Positions 9,662 through 19,481 of a DNA stretch of 64,000 nt are shown here, one piece after another. Made by a program: the position numbers and the translations under genes. The DNA comes from an uncultured cyanobacterium (GTDB taxonomy: Bacteria; Cyanobacteriota; Cyanobacteriia; Cyanobacteriales; Nostocaceae): positions 96,001 to 160,000 of the forward strand of contig OY970166.1 in the NCBI GenBank assembly GCA_963706595.1. The letters are read 5' to 3'. The stretch's first letter is position 1. Every line of letters starts with the position of its first letter. Below the pieces are notes generated by a model, which worked only from the letters and a program-made list of their open reading frames with translations, made no database searches and was not told where the DNA came from.

Positions 9662-11905
9662 ATGTTTAATCGCAGTAATCAAGCTAAGAGTAAGGAATCT
9701 CAAAATCCGGCATTTTTGACTTCATCCCCGAAAAATCCTGGTAGTCAGGTAGAACTACCAAGTAAGTATAATATAGAAACGGCTAATAATTATCACTGGA
9801 ATTATGTGGTGGGATATATTCAACGACTCAGTTTAGGCACGAAAGCGGCAATTTTAGCGATCGCTATCACCACTTTACCAATATTTGGCATGGGTGCGAT
9901 CGCTTATAGCTTGGCTCATAAATCGATGCGGAAACAAATTAACCAATCTCATGCAACGACAGCGACCAGATTAACAGAGCAAATTAACCGCTTAATGTTG
10001 CGGCAATATGAAGATATTCAAATCATCTCCAATTCACCATTGTTTACAAATACCAGAAAAAATACGACTACTGCCGACAAGCAAGTATTTTTAAATAGCT
10101 TTGTCAATACTCACAAAGCTTATAACAGGATCGCCATCTTTGATCCTGCTGGAAAATTAATTGTTCAATCTACAGGTGAATCTCTAGATAATGCCGAAAA
10201 TGCGGTAGATTTTCGGGAGATTCTGCAAAAAGATGCTCCTGTTATTAGTCAGCCAGAAAACTCAGTCATTAAGATTGTTGCACCCATTAAAGATTCAATC
10301 ACAGGTCAAACTATCGCTGTAGTTAGCGCCACTATGCCTGTACAATCTTTAGCCGAGGTGACTCAGAATTATACAGTTAATGGCAGTCAATATTATTTAC
10401 TCGACAGTTCCGAAAAAGTTTTTCTCAGTCCAAAAACAGAATTGTTAGGGGCTGAATATCCCGGTTTAGCTAATCTCAAAACAAGCAATAATACAGATAG
10501 TTTTACAGCAATTCACAGAATTAATCAAAAGCCAGAGTTAATCAGTTATGTTGCATCCCCAAAACTGGACGGCTTACCTGATTTAAACTGGCAATTACTT
10601 TTGACCACGGATACAGCAATTGCTTTTGCACCTCAAAGACAATTATTACAAACAATAGCCATCGCTACATTACTATTAGCATTAATTGCCGCTGCGATCG
10701 CACTTTGGATAGCCAAGCTGAGTACGCAACCAATTTTAAATGCGGCTACCGCTTTATCAAAGCTAGCTCAAGGTGAATTTGATACCCGTTGGGAAATAGC
10801 AAATTCAGATGAATTAGGGAAAATCAGTGACAATTTCAACCAAATAGCTGTCCAATTACAGGTGTTAGCGAAACAACAAACAGTCAGAAATTCTGGGGAA
10901 CAAAGTTCTGACCAAACATTGCAAATACAACTCCTAGAACTCCTCAGTCAGGTAGAAGGTGCTGCTAGAGGTGATTTGACAGTCCGCGCAGATGTGACGG
11001 CTGGAGAAATTGGCACTGTGGCGGACTTTTTTAATTCCATAGTCGAAAATCTCAGAGATATTGTCACCCAAGTTAAACAAGCTGCTACCCAAGTCAATGG
11101 CGCAATTGGTGCTAACGAAGCCGCAATTAGCCAACTAGCTGAGGATGCAATTACTCAAGCTGCTGAAATCAACCGCACCCTAGACGCTGTTGACCAAATG
11201 ACTAACTTTATGAAAAGTGTCACGGAAAACGCCCAAAAAGCGGCAATTATTGCCAATAATGCTGCCCAAACGGCTACGAAGAGTGGACAAGCAATGGATT
11301 TGACAGTGCAGAATATTCTGGGTTTACAGGAAACCGTGGATGACACTACGAAGAAAGTCAAACGGCTAGGAGAATCTTCTCAACAAATTTCGCGTGTGGT
11401 GTCCTTAATTAACCAAATCGCCACCCAAACCAACTTACTCGCCATTAACGCCAGTATTGAAGCCGCCCGCGCTGGTGAAGAAGGACAAGGTTTTGCTATT
11501 GTTGCGGAAGAAGTGGGTGAATTAGCCCTCCGTAGCGCCTCAGCTACTCAAGAAATTGAGCAAATTGTTGAGAATATTCAACGAGAAACCAGCGAAGTGG
11601 TGCAAGCTATGGAAATAGGAACTTCCCAAGTGCTGCAAGGTACTCAGATTGTAGAGGAGGCCAAGCAAAGCCTGAGTGAAATTTTGTACGTATCGCAACA
11701 AATAGATTTTTTGGTCCAGTCGATTTCTACTGTAACTGCATCTCAGTTACAAACATCCCAAGCTGTTAGTGAATTGATGCAAGATATCGCGGCTATTTCA
11801 CAACGTACCAGTGATTCTTCATCTGTGGTTTCCAAATCTCTGCATCAAACGGTGGAGATTTCCCAGCAGTTACAAGAAACTATGGAAACTTTCAAAGTTA
11901 GTTAA
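9662..11905 (+). CDS. methyl-accepting chemotaxis protein (TM-Cache-like-TM-HAMP-MA)
   Basis: Two TM segments, HAMP ([13 protein letters not shown]), [33 protein letters not shown] signalling hairpin. Confidence 0.93.
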   Translation: MFNRSNQAKSKESQNPAFLTSSPKNPGSQVELPSKYNIETANNYHWNYVVGYIQRLSLGTKAAILAIAITTLPIFGMGAIAYSLAHKSMRKQINQSHATTATRLTEQINRLMLRQYEDIQIISNSPLFTNTRKNTTTADKQVFLNSFVNTHKAYNRIAIFDPAGKLIVQSTGESLDNAENAVDFREILQKDAPVISQPENSVIKIVAPIKDSITGQTIAVVSATMPVQSLAEVTQNYTVNGSQYYLLDSSEKVFLSPKTELLGAEYPGLANLKTSNNTDSFTAIHRINQKPELISYVASPKLDGLPDLNWQLLLTTDTAIAFAPQRQLLQTIAIATLLLALIAAAIALWIAKLSTQPILNAATALSKLAQGEFDTRWEIANSDELGKISDNFNQIAVQLQVLAKQQTVRNSGEQSSDQTLQIQLLELLSQVEGAARGDLTVRADVTAGEIGTVADFFNSIVENLRDIVTQVKQAATQVNGAIGANEAAISQLAEDAITQAAEINRTLDAVDQMTNFMKSVTENAQKAAIIANNAAQTATKSGQAMDLTVQNILGLQETVDDTTKKVKRLGESSQQISRVVSLINQIATQTNLLAINASIEAARAGEEGQGFAIVAEEVGELALRSASATQEIEQIVENIQRETSEVVQAMEIGTSQVLQGTQIVEEAKQSLSEILYVSQQIDFLVQSISTVTASQLQTSQAVSELMQDIAAISQRTSDSSSVVSKSLHQTVEISQQLQETMETFKVS

Positions 11906-11961
11906 ACAAGTTATTTGTAATTTATTACCCACCAACGAGTAATGACTAAATAATAAACACT

Positions 11962-14862
11962 ATGTCAAAGGATAAAGAACTGGAAATCCAGATGCAATTT
12001 CTGGAAGAAGCGAGAGATTACCTAAATGTTCTAGAAGCGGTTTTGCTAGAAATTGATAGCAGTAACCGCATCGATTTAGATAGAATTAACGCTGCACTGC
12101 GCGCGGCTCATTCTATCAAAGGCGGCGCTGGGATGATGGGATTTCGGACGCTCAGTGATTTAGCTCACCGTCTGGAAGATTCTTTTAAAGTCTTAAAAAC
12201 CCGCAAAAATTCTCGCGAGATTGACACGCAGTTACAAAGTTTACTACTTTCTGGTGTTGACTGGTTGCGGCAGATAGTCGAATCACTATCACAAGGAAAT
12301 GAGATCGAAGAACAGTGGTTGAGTAGCTTTTGTTACCCAGTATTTGATGAACTGCGCGATCGCCTGGGTGAACCCACCCCTGAAGATGCTTCTACTATGT
12401 TATCGCCAGAAGATGGGCAAGATATTGTCCCTATGCTGTTTGAGAGCGAAGTGGAAGGATGTTTGCAGCGTCTAGAGTCGGTATTGGCAGATAGCGCCCA
12501 GCCTTGTCTACAAGAGGAAGTAGCTATTATGGCGGCTGAATTGGGCGGTTTGGGGGAAATGCTGCAATTACCAGCCTTTACGAGTCTTTGTGAATCTATA
12601 GGGCATCATATCGCCAATGTGAGCAGCGATCGCCTGACCGAAGTTGCTCAGTTAGCATTACAATCATGGCGGCGATCGCAAGCTCTGATTTTAACAAATC
12701 AACGAGATAGTCTACCGACAAAACTTGATTTAGATGCACCAGTAAATTACATACCTAATCCACCACAGACAACAGCATCTACCATAGCCGAATTTATTGA
12801 AGATGCAGAAGTTACTGATGATTTAACATTTGCCAGTATTCCTGAAGTAAGTACAGTAGTTTATCCAGAAATCACCACCACAGATGAGCAAATTACTGTT
12901 GGTAAAGACCGGGAAACATCAGAAAATACTGTGCGCGTGCCTAGTCAACAACTTGAGCAAATTAACGATTTGTTTGGGGAACTTACCGTCCAGCGCAATG
13001 GCTTAAATTCCCAACTGGAAAAATTACGCAACCTCGTGCGTAGCCTCAATCAGCGAGTGCAAACACTCGACCGAGAAAACCATGAATTACGTACAGCTTA
13101 TGATAAAATTACTAAGACAAATAGCGGGCGATTCCTACGGAGCGCTTCGCTATCGCTAGAAGCAAACAATGTTGAAAATATCCCAGAATTTGATACATTA
13201 GAACTGGAGCGTCATAGCAAATTAAACCTGCGATCGCAAGAAGTTACGGAAACCATTATCCAAGTCCAGGAAGTCTCCACAGACATTCAATTAAGCGTTG
13301 ACGATACAGATCAAATAGCTCGTAAACTCAATAAAACATCCAAACAATTACAAACAAAACTTACTCACATTCGGATGCGTCCACTATCAGATTTAGTCGA
13401 GCGTTTTCCTAGAGCCTTGCGTGACCTAAATGTTGAGTATGGAAAGAATGTTCATTTGCAAGTTGAAGGTGGCAAAACTTTAATTGAACGCAGCATTTTA
13501 GAAGCTTTAAATGAGCCGATAATGCACTTATTAAGAAATGCTTTTGATCATGGTATTGAAGACCCTCATACTCGCCGTGAGTTGGGTAAACCAGAACAAG
13601 GATTAATTGAAATTACAGCTACCCATCGCAGTAATCGCACCATTATTACTATGCGCGATGATGGTCGGGGAATTTCTGTAGAAAAAATTCGCTCCCGTGC
13701 CGTAGCAATGGGTTTAGATGCCGCTTTAGTAGCTAATGCTAGTGAAGAAGAACTATTATCAATAATTTTTGAACCAGGATTTACCACTTCCGACCAAGTA
13801 ACCGCCTTATCTGGTCGAGGTGTCGGCATGGATATAGTGCGTAATAACCTCAAATCAGTGCGTGGAGATATTACAGTAGACACTGAGTTAGGAGTTGGCA
13901 CAACCTTTACTTTGTCAGTACCATTTACACTTTCCGTAGCGCGAGTCCTGCTAGTAGAAAGCAATAAAATGTTATTGGCATTTCCCACAGAAGTCATTTC
14001 CGAAATATTTTTACTGCCAAACGAGCAAGTATTATCAATAGCAGATAGCGAAGTAATTAATTGGCAAGATGCTACATTACCACTGATTCGCCTCGGTCGA
14101 TATTTCGAGTTTAATTGTCCCCGCTACGATAACCCAGAATTAGAGACTCGCCCAGCCATAGATGCGAGTAGTGTCTTAATAGTTAAAGGCAATAATCAAC
14201 AAGTCGCCATCCAAGTAGACCGTTGTTGGGGTGAACAAGAAGTAGCCATCCGCCAAATAGAGGGTAACATACCTTTACCCGCAGGTTTTAGTAACTGCAC
14301 AATTCTGGGTGATGGGCGAGTATTAGCATTAGTTAATACCAACGATTTACTATATTGGATTGCTACCAATCAGCTTACTCCTAAAAACAATCAATTACCA
14401 TCAGTTCGGTTAAAAACGCCCTTTCTTTTTTCTGATAACAATAAAATATCAGCGACACCTGTCAATGAGAAAAGCACAATTTTAATCATTGATGACTCAA
14501 TTAATGTTCGCCGCTTTTTAGCCCTGACTTTGGAAAAAGGAGGATATCAAGTAGAACAAGCTAAAGATGGTCAAGATGCCTTAGAAAAACTGGAAAGTGG
14601 TTTAAAAGTTGAAGCTGTAATTTGTGATATTGAAATGCCTCGCCTGGATGGTTATGGCTTCTTAGGTCGCATCAACGCCAGCATGGAAATGAAACATATC
14701 CCAGTTGCCATGCTGACTTCTCGTAGTAGTGATAAACATCGACAATTAGCCATGCAATTAGGAGCGCGGGCGTATTTTTCTAAACCTTATAATGAGCAAG
14801 AATTATTAAAAACCTTGGAGGAAATTATTGGTAATGTTCCCGAAACAGCAACCTTTAATTAA
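11962..14862 (+). CDS. CheA-like hybrid histidine kinase (Hpt-HATPase-CheW-receiver)
   Basis: RAAHSIKGGA Hpt, HLLRNAFDHG, DDGRG, SGRGVGMDIV, C-terminal receiver. Confidence 0.94.
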   Translation: MSKDKELEIQMQFLEEARDYLNVLEAVLLEIDSSNRIDLDRINAALRAAHSIKGGAGMMGFRTLSDLAHRLEDSFKVLKTRKNSREIDTQLQSLLLSGVDWLRQIVESLSQGNEIEEQWLSSFCYPVFDELRDRLGEPTPEDASTMLSPEDGQDIVPMLFESEVEGCLQRLESVLADSAQPCLQEEVAIMAAELGGLGEMLQLPAFTSLCESIGHHIANVSSDRLTEVAQLALQSWRRSQALILTNQRDSLPTKLDLDAPVNYIPNPPQTTASTIAEFIEDAEVTDDLTFASIPEVSTVVYPEITTTDEQITVGKDRETSENTVRVPSQQLEQINDLFGELTVQRNGLNSQLEKLRNLVRSLNQRVQTLDRENHELRTAYDKITKTNSGRFLRSASLSLEANNVENIPEFDTLELERHSKLNLRSQEVTETIIQVQEVSTDIQLSVDDTDQIARKLNKTSKQLQTKLTHIRMRPLSDLVERFPRALRDLNVEYGKNVHLQVEGGKTLIERSILEALNEPIMHLLRNAFDHGIEDPHTRRELGKPEQGLIEITATHRSNRTIITMRDDGRGISVEKIRSRAVAMGLDAALVANASEEELLSIIFEPGFTTSDQVTALSGRGVGMDIVRNNLKSVRGDITVDTELGVGTTFTLSVPFTLSVARVLLVESNKMLLAFPTEVISEIFLLPNEQVLSIADSEVINWQDATLPLIRLGRYFEFNCPRYDNPELETRPAIDASSVLIVKGNNQQVAIQVDRCWGEQEVAIRQIEGNIPLPAGFSNCTILGDGRVLALVNTNDLLYWIATNQLTPKNNQLPSVRLKTPFLFSDNNKISATPVNEKSTILIIDDSINVRRFLALTLEKGGYQVEQAKDGQDALEKLESGLKVEAVICDIEMPRLDGYGFLGRINASMEMKHIPVAMLTSRSSDKHRQLAMQLGARAYFSKPYNEQELLKTLEEIIGNVPETATFN
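13128..13156. mobile_element. 21-nt SDR5-like insertion inside a HIP1 site within cheA
   Basis: GCGAT+TCCTACGGAGCGCTTCGCTAT+CGC; removing 21 nt restores GCGATCGC. Confidence 0.75.
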
Positions 14863-14915
14863 GCAGAAAGCTGTGGGAGACTAGGGAAAAAATAAAATAC
14901 CAGCTAATGTTTATA

Positions 14916-15012
14916 TATAGCAGTCCTATTTGTAAAAGTCGCAAGGCTCAGATCCCCGACTTCTTAAAGAAGTCGGGGATCTTTTTTTTATCAATTAGAC
15001 AAAATTGCTATA
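14916..15012. repeat. MITE-like element with internal 33-bp palindrome (probably also terminates the che operon)
   Basis: TATAGCA...TGCTATA ends; AGATCCCCGACTTCTTAAAGAAGTCGGGGATCT at 14950-14982, second copy at 28001-28033. Confidence 0.7.
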
Positions 15013-15255
15013 TTATGCTGAGTTTAAGTGATATTGTGACAAATAATCAAATATTTATAATTGGTGAATTAATAATGATATCTTAGTAAAAATCCTGTTT
15101 TTCGCTGCTGATTTTAATCGTTTGGCTTTGACTACCGTGAGTTTTCCCGAAGCAAAGATCATGCAAATTATCAAAGTCGGTTTTATAAATCCTGGGGCTA
15201 TGCGATTTAGTTAAATTAGAACTAGGAAACACAAAAGTTAAAAGCCAAAATTTTG

Positions 15256-15363
15256 ATACAGCATATTTAATCTGTATCAGGGAGACAGGGGCAGGCAGGA
15301 TGCCTACCCCACAACAGTTATAAGATTAAAATTCGTTCTGTATTTACTTACAAAATGCTGTAT
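15256..15363. repeat. MITE-like element
   Basis: ATACAGCAT...ATGCTGTAT terminal inverted repeat with internal GGCAGGATGCC hairpin. Confidence 0.5.
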
Positions 15364-15377
15364 ACATTGACTAAAAA

Positions 15378-15662
15378 CTAAGCCTCGACTTTTACACCTT
15401 TCCAGAAAGCGACATAGCCTTCAATATTTTTAGCCTTATCCTTTGTACTAGGATAGTACCAAGCCGCATCTTTGTTGGTTTGTCCATCTACTTCAATACT
15501 GTAGTAGCTAGCAACACCTTTCCAAGGGCAAGTACTATGGGTGTTACTTTCTTGGAAGTATTCCTTTTTAATAGCGTCGGCGGGAAAATAATGATTATTT
15601 TCTACAACAATGGTGTTATCGCTTTCGGCTAACACAGTGCCATTCCAAATTGCTTTCGGCAT
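15378..15662 (-). CDS. DUF427 family protein
   Basis: VLAES..ENNHYFP..CPWKG.ASYY..AAWYYP..GYVAFW. Confidence 0.9.
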   Translation of the reverse strand: MPKAIWNGTVLAESDNTIVVENNHYFPADAIKKEYFQESNTHSTCPWKGVASYYSIEVDGQTNKDAAWYYPSTKDKAKNIEGYVAFWKGVKVEA

Positions 15663-15800
15663 AAGTGACTTTGCAAATAAACTTTACATCTAATATTTTG
15701 ACACTCAACAGGCTAAAACCACGGTAACTATTAAAAATTCCACCTGACGGCTTAAGTAATTGTAGATAAACTGAATGAGTTGTGATACATCCTTGATGAC

Positions 15801-16229
15801 ATGAAAACTTTAATTTATTGCACTCTTTTATTGGGACTGAGTAGTTGTTTACCAGCTAATAGCACCAATAATGACAAGAATCAAGTGATTTCCAGCAGTC
15901 CCACAGCCGAAAATCAAGAATTTCGGGCTTTTGGTACTGAACCATTTTGGGGTGTCGATGTTACCAAAAATGAAATTGTTTATTCTTCATTAGGAACCGA
16001 GGAAAAGCAAACTTTTCCTTATGTCACACCATTGGGTGCTGATGGACGCACCCCAGATACAGTGAGAGTTTATCGACTAGGAGACGAAGACAACAGTATG
16101 TTGATTATCAGAAAAGCCGATAACTGTAGCGATGGAATGTCAGACAACTTATATCCCTACTCAGCGCTTTTTATCCGTGGAGATATGGTTTTGGAAGGTT
16201 GTGCTAACAAGTTAGATAAGTTTAAATAA
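15801..16229 (+). CDS. lipoprotein, COG3650-like
   Basis: Lipobox LSSC; GTEPFW and CSDGMSD..YPY..GCA motifs. Confidence 0.75.
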   Translation: MKTLIYCTLLLGLSSCLPANSTNNDKNQVISSSPTAENQEFRAFGTEPFWGVDVTKNEIVYSSLGTEEKQTFPYVTPLGADGRTPDTVRVYRLGDEDNSMLIIRKADNCSDGMSDNLYPYSALFIRGDMVLEGCANKLDKFK

Positions 16230-16257
16230 TTAGCGTCCGTTGTTCATCAGCTAGTAA

Positions 16258-17004
16258 CTATTCAGGTGTAACATCTAAGCTGGACTTAAAACTTTGACTC
16301 ATACCATAACGGACAGTTTTAAACTCTACGTGATTTGTCCCTGGATAATAGAGAGTATAAATTGCTTCCCCTGGCTTTCTGCCGACATTACCCACTCCGA
16401 TAACTTGACGCGCCGAGATTTCTACAGTTTGGGGAGATGCTGGACTATCTAGGGTTGTGACTTCTGTAGTAATTGAACCGGCTTGGAGTTGATATTGAAA
16501 AGCCAAACCAGAACGACCACAAAACAAGTTATTGGCTTGCATTCGTGATAAGCGGTCTAGCATTTGAATTGGGGGCGTGTCTGGGGTCAGTTCCTCGTCA
16601 ATTGCTACCGTTGTCCCGTGAATTAACAAAGAATCTAGTTCAAAAAAACCAAAGTCTAGTGTCATTAACCATTGTGCTATCGGGCGAGAAACGCATTCCC
16701 ACAGCAATTTAACTGTTTCTCCCCCATATTTCTCTATCAATTCTGTAGGTTCGCCAGTTCCCCCCAGTCCGTGGAGAATAAAACACTGTTCTTCCCACCA
16801 ACCTTTACAAATCATTGGTTCCAGTTCTCCACGTCGGGGGTTTAGCACTCGTTTGACTAATTGTTCAGTTTCGCGCCGGGGTCCGACTAAATCGCCCAAA
16901 ACATACAATGCTTCTACATTATTTTGACGCTTAATATCCGCCATTACAGCTTCGTAAGCTGCCAAGTTACCTTCAATTCCGCTTAAAATTGCCCACTTAT
17001 TCAT
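16258..17004 (-). CDS. degenerate metallophosphoesterase-fold protein
   Basis: SGIEGN (for SDIHGN), LGDLVG, GWWE (for GNHD), IHG, CGRSG (for GHTH), GNVG. Confidence 0.8.
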   Translation of the reverse strand: MNKWAILSGIEGNLAAYEAVMADIKRQNNVEALYVLGDLVGPRRETEQLVKRVLNPRRGELEPMICKGWWEEQCFILHGLGGTGEPTELIEKYGGETVKLLWECVSRPIAQWLMTLDFGFFELDSLLIHGTTVAIDEELTPDTPPIQMLDRLSRMQANNLFCGRSGLAFQYQLQAGSITTEVTTLDSPASPQTVEISARQVIGVGNVGRKPGEAIYTLYYPGTNHVEFKTVRYGMSQSFKSSLDVTPE

Positions 17005-17008
17005 AAGA

Positions 17009-17093
17009 ATTTTAGATTTTAGATTTTAGATTTTAGATTTTGGATTAATAATTCCCTACTCCCCACTCCCCACTCCCTACTCCCCACTCCCCA
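17009..17093. repeat. STRR heptamer arrays (TTTTAGA)n and (CCCCACT/CCCTACT)n
   Basis: Direct tandem repeats between the two phosphoesterase genes. Confidence 0.85.
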
Positions 17094-17906
17094 TTAACGA
17101 GTACAAACATGGGTGGGGTCATCAGCCCTTTCTGCAAATTCCAAGCCTTGGGCTAAACGCCACGCAAATATTTTCGGTAAACCTTTTTCAATGATGGCGG
17201 CACAGGTTTTTTGATAGTCGTAAGGTACTTCTCGTAAATTTACTTTTTGGTCTTCTGTGTCGTAAATTACATAGGTGGCATTGGGTCGCCCATGTCGGGG
17301 TTCGCCTACAGAACCAACATTCACAATCCGCTTGAGGGAAGCATTAAAGCTTTTTTCTGCTGCTGCTTTTTCTTGCCCTTGGACACGAATTTTTAAACTA
17401 CCTCCGTCTAAATTACGCACGTAAGGCACATGAGTATGTCCACAAAAAAGCACGTCTGCATCTGTGGAAAGTACGCGCTCTAAGGCGGCAAAGGCATCAA
17501 GTTCTGGTAATAAATACTCGTGGTTACTGTGAGGGCTACCATGAACGAAGGCTAAATTTTCCTCTCGTAAACTGTGGGGTAGTTGGGCGAAAAATTCTCG
17601 GTGTTCGGGATGTATTTCGTTATTTGTCCACTCGTGAGCAATTTTTCCGCGTTTCTCAGCTAATAAGGACGGATAACTACAATCACACGCATTCAAGCCT
17701 TCTACAATATCTTCATCCCAACAACCCATACAGGTGGGAATATCTAAAGCCCGAATTTGTGTAACTACTTCATTGGGATGAGGTCCGTATCCTACTAAGT
17801 CACCCAGACAAAAGATTTTATCAGCTTTTTGCTGGTCTATATCTAATAAGACGGCATCTAATGCTTCATAATTGCCATGAATACATGACATGACTGCTAT
17901 TTTCAC
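17094..17906 (-). CDS. metallophosphoesterase family protein (YfcE/MJ0936-like, Cys-substituted)
   Basis: SCIHGN, LGDLVGYG, GCWD, VHGSP, CGHTH, NVGSVGEPR, VPYD. Confidence 0.9.
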   Translation of the reverse strand: MKIAVMSCIHGNYEALDAVLLDIDQQKADKIFCLGDLVGYGPHPNEVVTQIRALDIPTCMGCWDEDIVEGLNACDCSYPSLLAEKRGKIAHEWTNNEIHPEHREFFAQLPHSLREENLAFVHGSPHSNHEYLLPELDAFAALERVLSTDADVLFCGHTHVPYVRNLDGGSLKIRVQGQEKAAAEKSFNASLKRIVNVGSVGEPRHGRPNATYVIYDTEDQKVNLREVPYDYQKTCAAIIEKGLPKIFAWRLAQGLEFAERADDPTHVCTR

Positions 17907-18679
17907 TGTATAGTCTCCTCAGTTAGGATTTGTTTTACTTGTTCTTGGTATTGTGCGATCGCACTATCTGACAAATAGCAATCTTGTAATGTTTGTCTAA
18001 TGGCCGACTCATCCAAATTTTCTCCCCATGTTTCGATACCACTGAAACGCTGCGGTCTTCCTTCTAAGTGGCGTGGTAAATCTAATTCTAGAAAATCTGT
18101 TGTCGGTACACCCGCGACAAAATCGGCGTATAGCGCCCTACCATCAGCAACATCAAAAATTCCCTTAGCACGGCTGACTTTACCATAAGCACCGTGAGAT
18201 AGTTCATACCAAAACTCATTTAAACTATCTTCGTCAATTACTTGACCATTGGTAGGCGATCGCCAAATCTGATTTTGGATGATAATTGTCTCAATATCTA
18301 GCCCTTTGACAATTTTCTCAGCCCAGGTGTGATATTCCGAATCTTTCAGCTGTGACGGTAAAACTGCAACAGACTGATATGGGACATTTCCGACAATTTG
18401 CTCAATTGATCCTAATTCCAAGTAAAATCCTAGTTCTATATAAATATTCTCCGCCCCTGCTAGCTGGTTGAGAAATTCTACTTCTTGGCCATCACTAAAA
18501 ACTTTCGCCTCTGGAAACTCCGCACTCAGGCGAATCTGGTCAATGGGGACATTACCAGTTCCAGGACTAAAATAAATTGCATTTTCCGCAGAAGCAGTAT
18601 TACGTAGCTGTTGGCAAATCCAGGTGGTTTTACCACAGCCAGCAGGGCCAGCAACAACGGTAATCATCGGTATATTCAT
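17903..18679 (-). CDS. CobW/COG0523-related P-loop protein with CobW_C-like C-terminus
   Basis: Walker A GPAGCGKTT at N-terminus, VSRAKGIF in C-terminal domain; start at MNIPM (18679); overlaps next gene by 4 nt. Confidence 0.7.
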   Translation of the reverse strand: MNIPMITVVAGPAGCGKTTWICQQLRNTASAENAIYFSPGTGNVPIDQIRLSAEFPEAKVFSDGQEVEFLNQLAGAENIYIELGFYLELGSIEQIVGNVPYQSVAVLPSQLKDSEYHTWAEKIVKGLDIETIIIQNQIWRSPTNGQVIDEDSLNEFWYELSHGAYGKVSRAKGIFDVADGRALYADFVAGVPTTDFLELDLPRHLEGRPQRFSGIETWGENLDESAIRQTLQDCYLSDSAIAQYQEQVKQILTEETIQ

Positions 18680-18686
18680 AATTAAA

Positions 18687-18701
18687 TGATAATCATTTTC
18701 A
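18687..18701. promoter_or_regulatory. Zur (FurB) box
   Basis: TGATAATCATTTTCA, one mismatch to the cyanobacterial Zur palindrome TGATAATNATTATCA, 8 nt from the CobW-like start. Confidence 0.75.
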
Positions 18702-18777
18702 TAGAATTTGTAACTATGACTTAATCTAAAATTGAGCCACGAGAAATGCCAAGATAGATTTAGGTATTTCAGGAGGT

Positions 18778-18888
18778 GGCCTTGCTGAACTAAGAGATGA
18801 AATCTCAAAATTACCTTTCTTTTTCTTCCTACCTTTGCGCCTTTGCGCCTTTGCGTGAACCTAATTCATATTTAAAATCAGCAACGCC
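18778..18888. mobile_element. MITE with imperfect 24-bp TIRs and 8-bp target duplication (IS1595-like ends)
   Basis: GGCCTTGCTGA...TCAGCAACGCC ends flanked by CAGGAGGT at 18770-18777 and 18889-18896; internal (CTTTGCGC)n. Confidence 0.85.
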
Positions 18889-18899
18889 CAGGAGGTCTT

Positions 18900-19440
18900 A
18901 TGTCTCTCACCGTCAAAGACTTAGAGAAAATCCAAGCAGCTCATCCTGACTATCGCATGGAATTGGTAGACGGGAACGTAGTTGTTATGAGTCCATCAGG
19001 TTACGAGTCGGAAGAAGTAGGAACCGAGTTTGCAGCGTTGTTGAGAAATTGGGTAAGACCTCGCCAGTTAGGACGTGTAGCTGGTTCCAGTGCTGGCTTT
19101 AGATTACCTAACCAAGATTTACGCGCTCCCGATGTATCATTTATCCGAGCAGATAGGCTCAAACGTTCTACAGAAGATTATGCCGAATTGCTGCCTGATT
19201 TAGTCGTTGAGGTAAAATCTAAAACCGATTCCCTAGATAAACTTCGCGAACAAAATCCAAGAATTTATCAGCCTGGGAACTCAAATCGGCATTTTGATTG
19301 ACCCTAAAACCAGAACTATGGAAGTTTACCGTTCTAGTGAGAAAATAGTATTACAAAATGGTGATGTGCTGACCTTACCCGACTTACTCCCCGGCTGGGA
19401 AGTAAACATTGCCGAAATTTGGTCGCCAATATTCGAGTAA
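18900..19440 (+). pseudogene. Uma2/DUF820 endonuclease, frameshifted near 19251
   Basis: ELVDG..MSP..APDVSF..PDLVVEVKS; after one extra base the frame continues KIQEFISLGTQIGILIDPK...LPDLLPGW...IFE*. Confidence 0.8.
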
Positions 19441-19481
19441 TATTACGCGCACCCGAAACTACGAATTACGAATTACGAATT

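Noticed and set aside
7071..14900. tRNA-Leu as integration site of a genomic island carrying the che operon
   Set aside because: No integrase and no duplicated tRNA 3' end found downstream
17903..18808. 301-aa version of the CobW-like ORF
   Set aside because: The N-terminal 43 codons cross the Zur box and a MITE; the ATG at 18679 just before Walker A is more plausible
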